NCBI GenBank assembly: GCA_965249135.1
Contig: OZ252220.1
Location: 64,001-128,000, forward strand
Source: Alphaproteobacteria bacterium
GTDB lineage: Bacteria; Pseudomonadota; Alphaproteobacteria; GCA-2746255
Direction: 5' to 3'
Length of the DNA: 64,000 bases
The notes under the pieces are model-generated. The model saw only the letters and a program-made list of their open reading frames with translations. It made no database searches and was not told where the DNA came from. Below, piece by piece: positions 21,009 to 31,021 of this stretch. Made by a program: the position numbers and the translations under genes. Position 1 is the stretch's first letter. Each line of letters opens with the position of its first letter.

Positions 21009-21695
21009 ATGGAAAATCCACCGGGAAATTTCGTTTACCGGAATTTGGCCAACGTGACGTCGATTCTCGGCGCGCTGCCTCTCGTAATTCTCTTCCTGGA
21101 TGACGGCTACCGATACCTGATCCCGCTGATCCTGTTTAACAACGTCATGGACGATCTAGACGGCATTCTGGCTGCTAAACTGAACATCAGAAGTCGGTTC
21201 GGCGGCGACCTCGACAACATATGCGACGCGGTCGCTCACGTCATTTTAGCCATGGCAGTCGGCGCGCATTTCGGCGGCATCCTCATCGCCGCGAGTGTGA
21301 TCGCAGCCGGCTCGATCATTCTTCGCGTTACCTCCCGGCTCGATCCCGATACAGCCACGAGGACGGGCTCTCCGACGAACGAACTCATGCGCCACATGCT
21401 GTTCGTCCTCCTGCTGGCCGGGCAGTTCGACTTCGAGCCCGCATATATCCTGATCCCGGTATTCCTTCTGCATTCGGTGTCGATGCTCATGCCGTTAAGG
21501 ATGCCCACCCTCATCCGGAGCCGAGCCAAGTCGGCGGCCACGGTCGGTATGGTGAATGCGGCGCTGGTGGTGGCTTGGCTCATGCCTCCCGCCACGCCGG
21601 TCGTCGCGGCCGCCTTCATCGGCACCTACCTGTATGCCTTCGGCGTGGGGGCCGTTCGTTGGTCGAAGGAACGGGGCGGCGAGACACGTCCATAA
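21009..21695 (+). CDS. CDP-alcohol phosphatidyltransferase family protein
   Basis: DDLDGILAAKLNIRSRFGGDLDNICD motif; multiple TM helices. Confidence 0.85.
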   Translation: MENPPGNFVYRNLANVTSILGALPLVILFLDDGYRYLIPLILFNNVMDDLDGILAAKLNIRSRFGGDLDNICDAVAHVILAMAVGAHFGGILIAASVIAAGSIILRVTSRLDPDTATRTGSPTNELMRHMLFVLLLAGQFDFEPAYILIPVFLLHSVSMLMPLRMPTLIRSRAKSAATVGMVNAALVVAWLMPPATPVVAAAFIGTYLYAFGVGAVRWSKERGGETRP

Positions 21696-21734
21696 CAAAC
21701 CCCGGGGGCGTCCGCGCTTGCCGCCTCCGGCCTC

Positions 21735-21750
21735 TGGTTCAAATGAACCA
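21735..21750. repeat. TGGTTCAAATGAACCA palindrome, right copy
   Basis: Identical to 17498-17513; 41 bp from the tRNA CCA end. Confidence 0.8.
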
Positions 21751-21791
21751 ACCAATCGCTGTTTCTTTTCAACTTAACTCTTTGAAAACAT

Positions 21792-21866
21792 TGGTGGGCG
21801 CTGCTGGGTTTGAACCAGCGACCCCTGCCGTGTGAAGGCAGTGCTCTCCCGCTGAGCTAAGCGCCC
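21792..21866 (-). tRNA. tRNA-Val(CAC)
   Basis: GGGCGCTTAGCTCAGCGGGAGAGCACTGCCTTCACACGGCAGGGGTCGCTGGTTCAAACCCAGCAGCGCCCACCA; cloverleaf, anticodon CAC, encoded CCA. Confidence 0.97.
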
Positions 21867-21909
21867 TTAAGCCTTAAGAGCGCGATATAAGGGGGCCGGT
21901 TTTCACCTG

Positions 21910-22581
21910 TCAAGGAAGGCTGCGGATCGCTTCCGGTAGGTCCTTGAAATCCTCGATGAGCGCGTCCGCACCCAGCGTCTTTGGATCGGAAGGCGCGTAG
22001 CCATACGTCACCATAATCGCAGGCGTGCCGACGCGCTTGCTGACGACGACGTCCATGTCGTGATCGCCGACCATGACCGCCTCATCCGGGGCTAGGCCCA
22101 TCTGCTCGAGGGTTTCGAGAAGATGGGCAGGATCCGGTTTGTGTTTTGTGACCCGGTCGATCGAGAGGATGTCCGGAAAATAGGATAGGAGCTCCATCTC
22201 CTCGAGAATCCTGACCGCCGCCGCATAGGGGCGGTTCGTCACGATGCCAAGCTTGATGCCTGCCTGGCTTAACGCTTCCAGCGTCTCGGGAACCCCGGGA
22301 TAGGGCTCGACATATTTCCTGCAATTTTCCTCATCCAAATAGAAGGCCATGTAGCGCTCGAGAACCTCTGGATAGGCCTCATCGGATAGAGATTTCTTAC
22401 AAACCCTGAAGGCCTCGCGGATCATGAATTCGATGTTGTCCTGAAAGAGGCTCCTGACGGTGGGGGTGTCGAGCGGGCCCAGGCCATTCGTCTCAAGGAC
22501 GTGGTTGACGGTCGCCACATAGAGCGGAAGGCTGTGCACCAAGGTTCCGTCGATGTCAAAAAGGGCGGCTCGGCAGGCCAT
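21910..22581 (-). CDS. HAD-IA hydrolase, phosphoglycolate phosphatase-like
   Basis: FDIDGTL, VTN, KPDP, MVGD motifs. Confidence 0.85.
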   Translation of the reverse strand: MACRAALFDIDGTLVHSLPLYVATVNHVLETNGLGPLDTPTVRSLFQDNIEFMIREAFRVCKKSLSDEAYPEVLERYMAFYLDEENCRKYVEPYPGVPETLEALSQAGIKLGIVTNRPYAAAVRILEEMELLSYFPDILSIDRVTKHKPDPAHLLETLEQMGLAPDEAVMVGDHDMDVVVSKRVGTPAIMVTYGYAPSDPKTLGADALIEDFKDLPEAIRSLP

Positions 22582-22695
22582 CGTTCAGGCGGCTCCTCGG
22601 GGCTCTCGTAAATCTTGTTTTGGACGCGGCGAAGGCTTTATGACAATCTCTCTGGGCCGGCCGCAAGGGGAAAATATCAAATCGCTCGCGATTCT

Positions 22696-24084
22696 ATGGC
22701 CAAGCGAAAAACTGCAATTCTCATCCTAGCCGCAGGAAAAGGCGCGCGGATGAAGTCGGGCCTGCCGAAGGTCCTGCATCCGCTCGGCGGCCAGCCGCTC
22801 ATACGTTATGCGCTGGCCACGGCACGCTCGCTGCGCCCCGAGCGCGCCGCCGTCGTCATCGGCCCAGGCATGGAGGCGGTCACGGAAGTCGTCAAGCCCT
22901 GGCCGACCCTTCTTCAGAAGACCCAGGCCGGAACCGGAGATGCCGTGCATGTCGCGCAGAAGGCGCTTGCCGGATTCACTGGCGACGTCCTCGTCATTTT
23001 CGGGGATACGCCGTTCTTAGGCGCGCAAACTTTGAAGAAGCTTCTTGCGCGCAAACGGGCGAAACCGGAGCCCGTCGCCGTTGTTCTTGGCATGTGCCCC
23101 ACGGATTCGGCCGAATATGGCCGTCTCGTCACGGATGCGGATGGCACGCTTGAGGCCATCGTCGAATTCCGCGAGGCGAACGAACGCATTCGGCAAATCC
23201 CGCTTTGCAATTCCGGCGTCATGGTGGTCGATGGGAAGCACTTGTTCCGTCTTTTGGGCCGCATCAAAAAAAGCCGCGTGAAGGGCGAGTACTATTTGAC
23301 GGATCTGGTCGCCATCGCGCGCAAGGAGGGCCTCGTTTGTGCCTATGTGGAAGGAGACGCATGGGAGTTGCTGGGCGTGAACGACCGTGCGGATCTGGCC
23401 GAGGCGGAGGGGCTCTTTCAACTCGAGTGTCGGGCGGAGGCGCTGGCAGGTGGTGCGACGCTTCTTGATCCGACGACCGTCTGGTTCAGCTTCGATACGA
23501 AGCTTGGCAAGGACGTGACCATCGGTCCGAACGTCTTCTTCGGTCCCGGTGTCACGGTGGCCGACGGGGCAACGATCCGTGCTTTTTCGCATATCGAGGG
23601 GGCGAAGATTGGCAAACGTGCCGTCATCGGCCCGTTCGCACGCCTTCGTCCGGGGGCCGACATCGGGGAAGGGGCCCATATCGGAAACTTTGTCGAGATA
23701 AAGAAGGCGAAGATTGAGGCCGGCGCGAAGGTGAACCATTTGACCTATGTTGGAGACGCCTTGATCGGTCGGGACGCAAACATTGGCGCCGGTACGATCA
23801 CATGCAATTACGATGGTTTCACGAAATCGCGTACCATCATCGGCAAGCGTGCCTTTATCGGTTCGAACACGGCACTCGTGGCTCCCGTCACCATCGGCGA
23901 TGGTGCCGTCATCGGGGCCGGCAGCGTGGTGACGAAGAACGTCTCTGCTAATTCGTTGGCGCTGACCCGCGCGGAACAGCAGGAAGTCAAAGGCTGGGCG
24001 CGGAAGCAACGGACAAAAAGCGGCAGCGCTTCCGCCAAGCGAAAAACGAAAACGGCCGGTCGCAAGAAGAAAAAGAAGGGCTAG
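22696..24084 (+). CDS. glmU: Bifunctional UDP-GlcNAc pyrophosphorylase/glucosamine-1-P acetyltransferase
   Basis: LAAGKGARMKS, EYYLTD, GPFARLRPG, GNFVEIK, TCNYDG. Confidence 0.97.
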   Translation: MAKRKTAILILAAGKGARMKSGLPKVLHPLGGQPLIRYALATARSLRPERAAVVIGPGMEAVTEVVKPWPTLLQKTQAGTGDAVHVAQKALAGFTGDVLVIFGDTPFLGAQTLKKLLARKRAKPEPVAVVLGMCPTDSAEYGRLVTDADGTLEAIVEFREANERIRQIPLCNSGVMVVDGKHLFRLLGRIKKSRVKGEYYLTDLVAIARKEGLVCAYVEGDAWELLGVNDRADLAEAEGLFQLECRAEALAGGATLLDPTTVWFSFDTKLGKDVTIGPNVFFGPGVTVADGATIRAFSHIEGAKIGKRAVIGPFARLRPGADIGEGAHIGNFVEIKKAKIEAGAKVNHLTYVGDALIGRDANIGAGTITCNYDGFTKSRTIIGKRAFIGSNTALVAPVTIGDGAVIGAGSVVTKNVSANSLALTRAEQQEVKGWARKQRTKSGSASAKRKTKTAGRKKKKKG

Positions 24085-24095
24085 ACCTCCTAAGC

Positions 24096-25919
24096 ATGTG
24101 TGGAATCATCGGCATTATCGGCAAGGCAGAGGTCGCGCCTCTCCTGCTCGAGGGACTGAAGCGACTCGAATACCGAGGCTACGATTCGGCCGGCATTGCC
24201 ACCCTTGTGGATTCACGTATCGAACGTCGCCGTGCCGAAGGGCGTATCATCAATTTGGAAAATCGCATCGAAAAAGAACCGATCACCGGCAAGACTGGGA
24301 TCGGACATACGCGATGGGCGACCCATGGCATTCCGAACGAGGTCAATGCGCATCCGCACGCCAGCTTGCGAGTCGCCGTCGTTCATAATGGGATCATCGA
24401 AAACTTTCAGGCGCTTCGGGAAGAACTGCAGGGCTTCGGGGTTCAATTCGAGACGGACACGGACACGGAAGTCATCGTCCACCTGATCACCCACTATCTG
24501 GAAGAGGGCATGGCGCCTGAGGCGGCAACGGCGAAGACCCTGCATCGGCTGGAAGGTGCCTTCGCACTCGGCGTCATCTTTGCCAACGAGCCCACGCTGA
24601 TGATCGGCGCACGCCGGGGAAGCCCACTTGCGATCGGCTATGGCGATGGAGAAATGTATCTTGGTTCGGATGCACTGGCCCTTGCCCCGCTTACCTCGAA
24701 GATTACCTATCTCGAAGAAGGCGATTGGGCGGCCCTGACCCCAAAGGGCGTCACGATCCACGATGAAACCGGGGCCGTTGTCGAACGCAAGATCGAGAAA
24801 AGTGCGGCTTCCGGCGCGCTGGAGGGCAAGGGGAATTACCCCCACTTCATGCTGAAGGAAATTTTCGAGCAGCCCGCGGTCATCGGTGACACGCTTCACG
24901 CGCTCTTCAATCCGGTCACGCGATCCATCTTTCTTCCCGACCTGCCATTCGATCTGGCGAAGATATCAAGGGCGACGATTGTCGCCTGTGGGACCTCCTT
25001 TTATGCGGCGCTGGTTGCAAAATATTGGCTTGAGGGCATCGCCGGTCTTTCCGTCGAGGTCGATATCGCTTCCGAGTTCCGCTATCGCAGTGCGGCCATG
25101 CCAAAAGGCGGGCTGGCAATCTTCATTTCCCAGTCCGGCGAGACGGCCGACACCCTGGCCGCGCTTCGTTATGCACAAAAGCAGGATCAGCACACGCTTG
25201 CCCTCGTCAACGTTCCGGAAAGCACGCTTGCCCGCGAGGCGGAAGCGACCTTGCTTACTTACGCAGGTCCCGAGGTCGGCGTTGCCTCGACGAAGGCCTT
25301 TACCACGCAGTTGACGGTGCTTGCCTGTCTTACGATTGCGATGGCGCGTGCGCGTGGTGCCATCGATCACGAAGATGAAGCCAGGTTATCGGCGGCGCTC
25401 ACCGGGGTGCCGTCGCGCGCCGTCGAGGTGTTGAATCATGACGAGCGGTTGCAGGCGCTGGCCGGCGAAATCGCCGACGTTCAGGACGTCCTCTACCTCG
25501 GACGTGGGACAAGCTACCCGATCGCGCTGGAAGGCGCGCTGAAACTGAAGGAAATTTCCTACATCCATGCCGAAGGCTACGCCGCGGGGGAAATGAAACA
25601 CGGTCCGATCGCGCTGATCGATGCGGGCATGCCAATCATCGTCATCGCGCCCAGCGACCTTCTTTTCGAAAAAACTGCCTCGAACATGCAGGAAGTCATA
25701 GCACGTGGCGGGCGTGTCATTTTCTTAAGCGACCAGGCAGGCACGGAACGTCTGGGCCAAGCTGCGGCCGTGACTATCGAGCTTCCCGAGGTCGATCCCT
25801 TCGTTACACCGATCCTTTATGCAATCCCCGTGCAATTGCTTGCCTATCATATCGCCGTTCTGAAAGGGACGAACGTCGACCAACCACGAAACCTGGCGAA
25901 AAGTGTCACGGTTGAATAA
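24096..25919 (+). CDS. glmS: Glutamine-fructose-6-phosphate transaminase
   Basis: MCGIIG, GHTRWATHG, SQSGETADT, PRNLAKSVTVE. Confidence 0.98.
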   Translation: MCGIIGIIGKAEVAPLLLEGLKRLEYRGYDSAGIATLVDSRIERRRAEGRIINLENRIEKEPITGKTGIGHTRWATHGIPNEVNAHPHASLRVAVVHNGIIENFQALREELQGFGVQFETDTDTEVIVHLITHYLEEGMAPEAATAKTLHRLEGAFALGVIFANEPTLMIGARRGSPLAIGYGDGEMYLGSDALALAPLTSKITYLEEGDWAALTPKGVTIHDETGAVVERKIEKSAASGALEGKGNYPHFMLKEIFEQPAVIGDTLHALFNPVTRSIFLPDLPFDLAKISRATIVACGTSFYAALVAKYWLEGIAGLSVEVDIASEFRYRSAAMPKGGLAIFISQSGETADTLAALRYAQKQDQHTLALVNVPESTLAREAEATLLTYAGPEVGVASTKAFTTQLTVLACLTIAMARARGAIDHEDEARLSAALTGVPSRAVEVLNHDERLQALAGEIADVQDVLYLGRGTSYPIALEGALKLKEISYIHAEGYAAGEMKHGPIALIDAGMPIIVIAPSDLLFEKTASNMQEVIARGGRVIFLSDQAGTERLGQAAAVTIELPEVDPFVTPILYAIPVQLLAYHIAVLKGTNVDQPRNLAKSVTVE

Positions 25920-25978
25920 GCATTGAAGTATGGGTTCCGACGTAGCTGGATGCTTAAGGGAGAGGGGCCACTTTAAAT

Positions 25979-26389
25979 ATGACTATTGAAAGAACATTCA
26001 AGAATCTGATTCTTCTAGACTTTTCTATTATCATTCTCTACGCAATTAGTGTGTTTTTTGAACCCGAAGAAATTACAAATATACACGATAATTTGGTTGC
26101 AGGTTTTTTCGAAAATGAAACTGCATCAATTATTTTTTATGTTTTGGTTGGTATTTGGTTTCTCATTTACCTCATAAGCTTGGTTTTACTTTATAGATTT
26201 GTACGTTTTGGAAAGCCTTTATTCGTCATCGTGATTACTATAGGCTTGGTTATGATGTTAATTTCGCCCCCATTCGTTTCGACTCCGGTGCAGGCAACAC
26301 TGGATTGGGTTGACGGCGCAGCAATTGGGGCAATACTCGTCTTTTTATATTTCACACCCATTAAAGATAAATTCAGCAGACAAAATTGA
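25979..26389 (+). CDS. Hypothetical membrane protein (about 4 TM), AT-rich
   Basis: 136-aa hydrophobic ORF with an SD-like ggagagg upstream; composition differs sharply from its neighbours. Confidence 0.7.
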   Translation: MTIERTFKNLILLDFSIIILYAISVFFEPEEITNIHDNLVAGFFENETASIIFYVLVGIWFLIYLISLVLLYRFVRFGKPLFVIVITIGLVMMLISPPFVSTPVQATLDWVDGAAIGAILVFLYFTPIKDKFSRQN

Positions 26390-26419
26390 GATATTTAAAC
26401 GGTTGAATAAAGCCGAAGC

Positions 26420-27805
26420 ATGGCAAAGTTCGATTTCGATCTGCTGACGATCGGCGCCGGTTCCGGCGGCGTTGCCGCCACCAGGCGGGCCGCGGCCTAT
26501 GGTGCGAAGGCTGCCATTTGCGAGGAAGATCGTGTCGGCGGCACCTGCGTCTTGCGCGGCTGTGTGCCAAAGAAGCTCCTCGTCTATGGCGCGCATTTCG
26601 CGGATGACTTCGAAGATGCGGCCGGGTTTGGCTGGCAGGTCGGTTCCAGAGAATTCGATTGGGCGCAATTGATCGCGACGAAGGATCGCGAACTGGACCG
26701 GCTGAATGGAATCTATCTCGAGATGCTCGACAAGGCTGACGTAAAACTTCTGGAGGGGCATGCGCGTCTTGCCGATCCTCATAGCATCGAGATCGCAGGT
26801 AAGACGGTGACGGCGGAAACAATCCTGATTTCAACCGGTTCCTGGCCAAGCCTTCCCGACATTCCCGGCATCGCCCATGCCATCACCTCGAACGAGGCGC
26901 TCAGCCTGCCGAAACTTCCCCGCCGCATTGCGATCGTTGGCGGTGGCTACGTCGCCGTCGAGTTTGCCGGAATCTTCCGGCGATTTGGCGTGGAGGTAAC
27001 GGAGATCATCCGAGGCGATCGTATCTTGCGTGGCTTCGATACGGACATTCGGGCGACGTTGACGCAGGAGATGGAAAACACCGGCATACGGATCGAGGCA
27101 AACACCTCCGTTCAGCGTATCGAAGAAAAGAACGGAAGCTTCGAACTCCATGTCGAGCGCAAAGGAACGACCGGCGAAAAGGTTCTTGAGGTGGATCTCG
27201 TCATGTTTGCGACGGGGCGTGCCCCGAACACAAAGAAGATCGGGCTTGAAGAATTGGGCGTTATCCTTGACCCAAACGGCGCCATTCAGGTGGACGAATG
27301 GTCACGCAGCGCGATTGCGAACCTTTATGCCGTCGGCGATTGCACGGATCGTTTGAATCTGACTCCCATTGCCATCGCGGAAGGCAGGGCCTTTGCGGAT
27401 ATGCTTTATGGCAACCGGCCGCAGGCGATGGATCATTCCGGTGTGCCGACGGCCGTCTTTAGCCAGCCACCGATCGGTACGGTCGGCTGCGACGAGGACG
27501 AAGCACGTGCGCGCTTTGGCGAAATCGATGTCTATCTTTCGAAATTCCTGCCCATGAAACACACGCTTTCTGGCCGGAAGACCCAGGTCATGATGAAGCT
27601 CGTCGTCGCGCGTGAGACCGACCAAGTCCTTGGCTGTCACATGGTAGGCGCAGACGCGCCTGAGATCGTCCAGGTATTTGCCATCGCCTTGAAGGCGGGC
27701 GCCCGGAAGGCGGACTTCGATGCGACCGTCGGCATCCATCCGACGGCGGCCGAGGAGTTCGTGACCATGTATGAACCCAGCTCGGATACCGACGGAGAAA
27801 ATTGA
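26420..27805 (+). CDS. gor: Glutathione-disulfide reductase
   Basis: GGTCVLRGCVPKK, GGGYVAVEFA, HPTAAEE. Confidence 0.95.
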   Translation: MAKFDFDLLTIGAGSGGVAATRRAAAYGAKAAICEEDRVGGTCVLRGCVPKKLLVYGAHFADDFEDAAGFGWQVGSREFDWAQLIATKDRELDRLNGIYLEMLDKADVKLLEGHARLADPHSIEIAGKTVTAETILISTGSWPSLPDIPGIAHAITSNEALSLPKLPRRIAIVGGGYVAVEFAGIFRRFGVEVTEIIRGDRILRGFDTDIRATLTQEMENTGIRIEANTSVQRIEEKNGSFELHVERKGTTGEKVLEVDLVMFATGRAPNTKKIGLEELGVILDPNGAIQVDEWSRSAIANLYAVGDCTDRLNLTPIAIAEGRAFADMLYGNRPQAMDHSGVPTAVFSQPPIGTVGCDEDEARARFGEIDVYLSKFLPMKHTLSGRKTQVMMKLVVARETDQVLGCHMVGADAPEIVQVFAIALKAGARKADFDATVGIHPTAAEEFVTMYEPSSDTDGEN

Positions 27806-27904
27806 GGAAATCCGTTCACTTCGCGCCGTTTTCCGATGCTTTTTACTGGAAAAAATGGGGATTCCGGCGTATCACCGGTTTGGCACGGTCTCGAGGTACG
27901 AAAA

Positions 27905-29284
27905 ATGGCGAAGAATTGGTCGCCGGAAAGCTGGCGAAAGAAGCCGGCCCGGCAGATGCCCGGCTATCCGGACAAGGATGGCCTTGCCGCCGTCGAGAAG
28001 ACGCTGCGCGGCTATCCGCCACTTGTCTTCGCCGGCGAGGCGCGCCGTCTTCGCGCCCAGCTTGCCGAGGTAGCAGACGGTCGCGCGTTCCTGCTTCAGG
28101 CCGGGGACTGCGCGGAAAGCTTCGCCGAACTCAACGCCGACAACATCCGCGATACGTTCCGCGTGCTGCTGCAGATGGCGGTCGTGCTGACCTTTGGGGC
28201 CAGCTGTCCCGTCGTGAAAGTCGGCCGCATGGCGGGCCAGTTTGCAAAACCCCGTTCGGCCGAAACGGAGACCCAGAACGACGTAACGTTGCCCTGCTAT
28301 CGCGGCGACATCGTCAATGGCATGCCCTTTACGGAAGCAGCGCGCGTTCCCGATCCGAGCCGCATGCTGCAGGCCTACAGTCAGGCAGCCGCGACACTCA
28401 ATCTGCTGCGTGCCTTTGCGCAAGGCGGCTATGCGGATCTTCATCAGGTGCATCGCTGGAATCTCGGCTTCGTGGGTGAAAACAAGGAAGGCGAGAAATA
28501 CCAGGACCTGGCGGACCGGCTTACCGAGACGCTCGCCTTCATGGCGGCCTGCGGATTGACGTCGGAAACGGCCGCAGAGATTCGCCAGACGGATTTCTAC
28601 ACGTCGCACGAAGCCTTGCTTCTGGGATATGAGGAAGGGCTTACGCGCGTCGATAGTACGACCGGGGATTGGTATGACTGTTCGGCCCATATGCTATGGA
28701 TTGGCGATCGCACGCGTCAGGTGGACGGTGCCCATGTCGAATTCTTAAGGGGTGTCCATAATCCTATCGGCTTGAAAGTCGGGCCGGCGCTCGATGCGGA
28801 CGAACTTCTCCGTCTGATTGACCTCCTTAATCCGAATAACGAAGCAGGGCGCCTCACGCTGATCAGCCGAATGGGAGCGGATTCGATTTGGGAGCGTCTG
28901 CCTGCGCTCATTCGTGTGGTCGAAGGTGAGGGGCGAAAGGTGGTTTGGTCCTGCGACCCGATGCACGCGAATACGGTGAAGGCGTCAAATGGCTACAAGA
29001 CCCGCTCGTTCGACCGGATCCTCAAGGAGATCGATTCATTTTTCGCGATTCATCAGGCGGAAGGAAGCCATGCGGGGGGCATTCATTGCGAGCTTACGGG
29101 TCAGGATGTCACGGAATGTATTGGGGGCGCCCAGGAAATCACCGAGGATCGTTTGGCCGACCGTTACCATACCCATTGCGATCCGCGATTGAACGCTTCG
29201 CAAGGGCTCGAGCTCGCCTTTCTCGTTGCCGAGGCCCTGAAGAAGGAACGGAACGCCGCCTCGCAGGTTTCTGCCGCCTCTTGA
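27905..29284 (+). CDS. Class II DAHP synthase
   Basis: [38 protein letters not shown]. Confidence 0.95.
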   Translation: MAKNWSPESWRKKPARQMPGYPDKDGLAAVEKTLRGYPPLVFAGEARRLRAQLAEVADGRAFLLQAGDCAESFAELNADNIRDTFRVLLQMAVVLTFGASCPVVKVGRMAGQFAKPRSAETETQNDVTLPCYRGDIVNGMPFTEAARVPDPSRMLQAYSQAAATLNLLRAFAQGGYADLHQVHRWNLGFVGENKEGEKYQDLADRLTETLAFMAACGLTSETAAEIRQTDFYTSHEALLLGYEEGLTRVDSTTGDWYDCSAHMLWIGDRTRQVDGAHVEFLRGVHNPIGLKVGPALDADELLRLIDLLNPNNEAGRLTLISRMGADSIWERLPALIRVVEGEGRKVVWSCDPMHANTVKASNGYKTRSFDRILKEIDSFFAIHQAEGSHAGGIHCELTGQDVTECIGGAQEITEDRLADRYHTHCDPRLNASQGLELAFLVAEALKKERNAASQVSAAS

Positions 29285-29359
29285 CGGGGCCCGCCAGGGC
29301 CACGCCCGGTACTCGCCCTCGATCTTGACCTGAAACGATGAAGAAGGCCATCCGATCCG

Positions 29360-31021
29360 ATGACCGATCACCTTACGATTGCCTTAGCCCAGCTTGATCC
29401 GACCGTCGGCGATCTGGCGGGGAATCTCGTGACGATCCACGAGGTTTGCCGTGAGGCTTCCGGGCAGGGAGTCGACCTCGTCGTTGCGAGCGAACTCTTC
29501 GTGACCGGTTATCCGCCGGAGGACCTCGTACTGAAGCCGTCCTTTCAGGATGCGGTTGAGGCGGCCGTGCACGAACTTGCGGCCAATCTTGGCTGTGATG
29601 GGCCCGGTCTTCTCATCGGCACGCCTTGGCGGGAGGGCGATACGCTCTATAACGCGGCACTGCTTTTGGACGAGGGCAGGATCGCAAACACGCGCTTCAA
29701 GCACGACCTTCCGAACTATGGCGTTTTTGATGAGGGTCGGATCTTTTCTTCCGGGCCCACGCCGGGCCCGATGAACTTCCGTGGCGTGCGCCTTGGGGTC
29801 ATGATTTGCGAGGATATGTGGACCTCGGAGGTGACGGAATGCCTGAGCGAGTCGGGCGCCGAAATTCTTGTCGTGCTTAACGGTTCGCCCTTCGATATCG
29901 ACAAGCCGGACCAGCGTTTGAACCTCGCCGTCGCACGCACTGTTGAGTCCGGACTTCCGCTCATTTACGTCAATCAGGTTGGTGGGCAGGACGAGTTGGT
30001 TTTTGATGGCAGTTCCTTCGTTATGGGGCATGACCGCAAGCTCGTCGCGCGCGCGCTGGATTGGCGCGAGGAGGTGATCGTTACCCATTGGCGTCGACAT
30101 GAAGGCGTCTGGCTTTGTGAGTCCGCTCCGATGGCAAAGGAAACGGAGGGAATTGAGGCAATCTACCAGGCGCTTCTGCTCGGGCTTCGCGACTATGTGG
30201 CAAAAAATGGGTTCCCTGGCGTTTTAATCGGCCTTTCCGGTGGGGTCGATTCGGCGCTCACAGCGGCCTTGGCAGTGGATGCGTTGGGGCCGGATCGTGT
30301 GCATGGCGTGCGCATGCCCTCTCCCTATACCTCGGAGGAAAGCCTTGAAGATGCCGAGGTCCTTGCCGGGAATCTTGGTGTTCGTCTTGATACGGTTTCG
30401 ATAGAACCGGCAATGGCGGCCTTTGATTCGATGTTGAAGGATCTGTTCGTCAATCGTCCGGCGGACGAAACCGAGGAAAACGTTCAGGCGCGCGCCCGTG
30501 GCGTGACCCTTATGGCACTCAGCAACAAATTCGGCTATCTCGTACTCAGCACCGGGAACAAGTCGGAAATGTCCGTCGGCTATGCAACGCTTTATGGCGA
30601 CATGGCGGGTGGGTTTGCCGTCCTTAAGGACGTTTATAAGACAACCGTCTACGATTTATGCCGCTGGCGGAATTCGCATTCTCCGGAAGGCCTGCTTGGG
30701 CCGAAGAGAATGGTGATCCCCGAGCGCATTCTCACGAAAGCGCCCTCCGCCGAACTCAAGCCGAACCAGCACGATCAGGACACGCTGCCGCCTTACGACG
30801 TCCTCGACGACGTCCTCACCTGTCTGATCGAAAAGGACATGTCCGTCGAAGAGATCGCCGGCCGTGGCCACGATCGCGATACGGTGAACCGTGTGTGGCG
30901 GATGCTGGATATTGCCGAATACAAACGCCGCCAGGCGCCGCCGGGCGTGAAAATAACTAGTCGTTCCTTCGGCCGCGATCGTCGTTACCCGATCACGAAC
31001 CGCTTCAAGGGGCCGTCATGA
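29360..31021 (+). CDS. nadE: Glutamine-dependent NAD+ synthetase
   Basis: Nitrilase domain (ICEDMW) plus GLSGGVDS, TGNKSE, YATLYGD. Confidence 0.96.
   Translation: MTDHLTIALAQLDPTVGDLAGNLVTIHEVCREASGQGVDLVVASELFVTGYPPEDLVLKPSFQDAVEAAVHELAANLGCDGPGLLIGTPWREGDTLYNAALLLDEGRIANTRFKHDLPNYGVFDEGRIFSSGPTPGPMNFRGVRLGVMICEDMWTSEVTECLSESGAEILVVLNGSPFDIDKPDQRLNLAVARTVESGLPLIYVNQVGGQDELVFDGSSFVMGHDRKLVARALDWREEVIVTHWRRHEGVWLCESAPMAKETEGIEAIYQALLLGLRDYVAKNGFPGVLIGLSGGVDSALTAALAVDALGPDRVHGVRMPSPYTSEESLEDAEVLAGNLGVRLDTVSIEPAMAAFDSMLKDLFVNRPADETEENVQARARGVTLMALSNKFGYLVLSTGNKSEMSVGYATLYGDMAGGFAVLKDVYKTTVYDLCRWRNSHSPEGLLGPKRMVIPERILTKAPSAELKPNQHDQDTLPPYDVLDDVLTCLIEKDMSVEEIAGRGHDRDTVNRVWRMLDIAEYKRRQAPPGVKITSRSFGRDRRYPITNRFKGPS

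Larger units (their letters stand above)
17357..21836. mobile_element. Integrase-less genomic islet integrated at tRNA-Val(CAC), about 4.4 kb
   Basis: Flanked by a 45-bp tRNA 3' duplication; the same 16-bp palindrome lies near both ends; no integrase ORF inside. Confidence 0.8.

Noticed and set aside
23995-24084. Lys/Arg-rich GlmU tail
   Set aside because: Variable basic tails are ordinary in this family; no evidence of a new function
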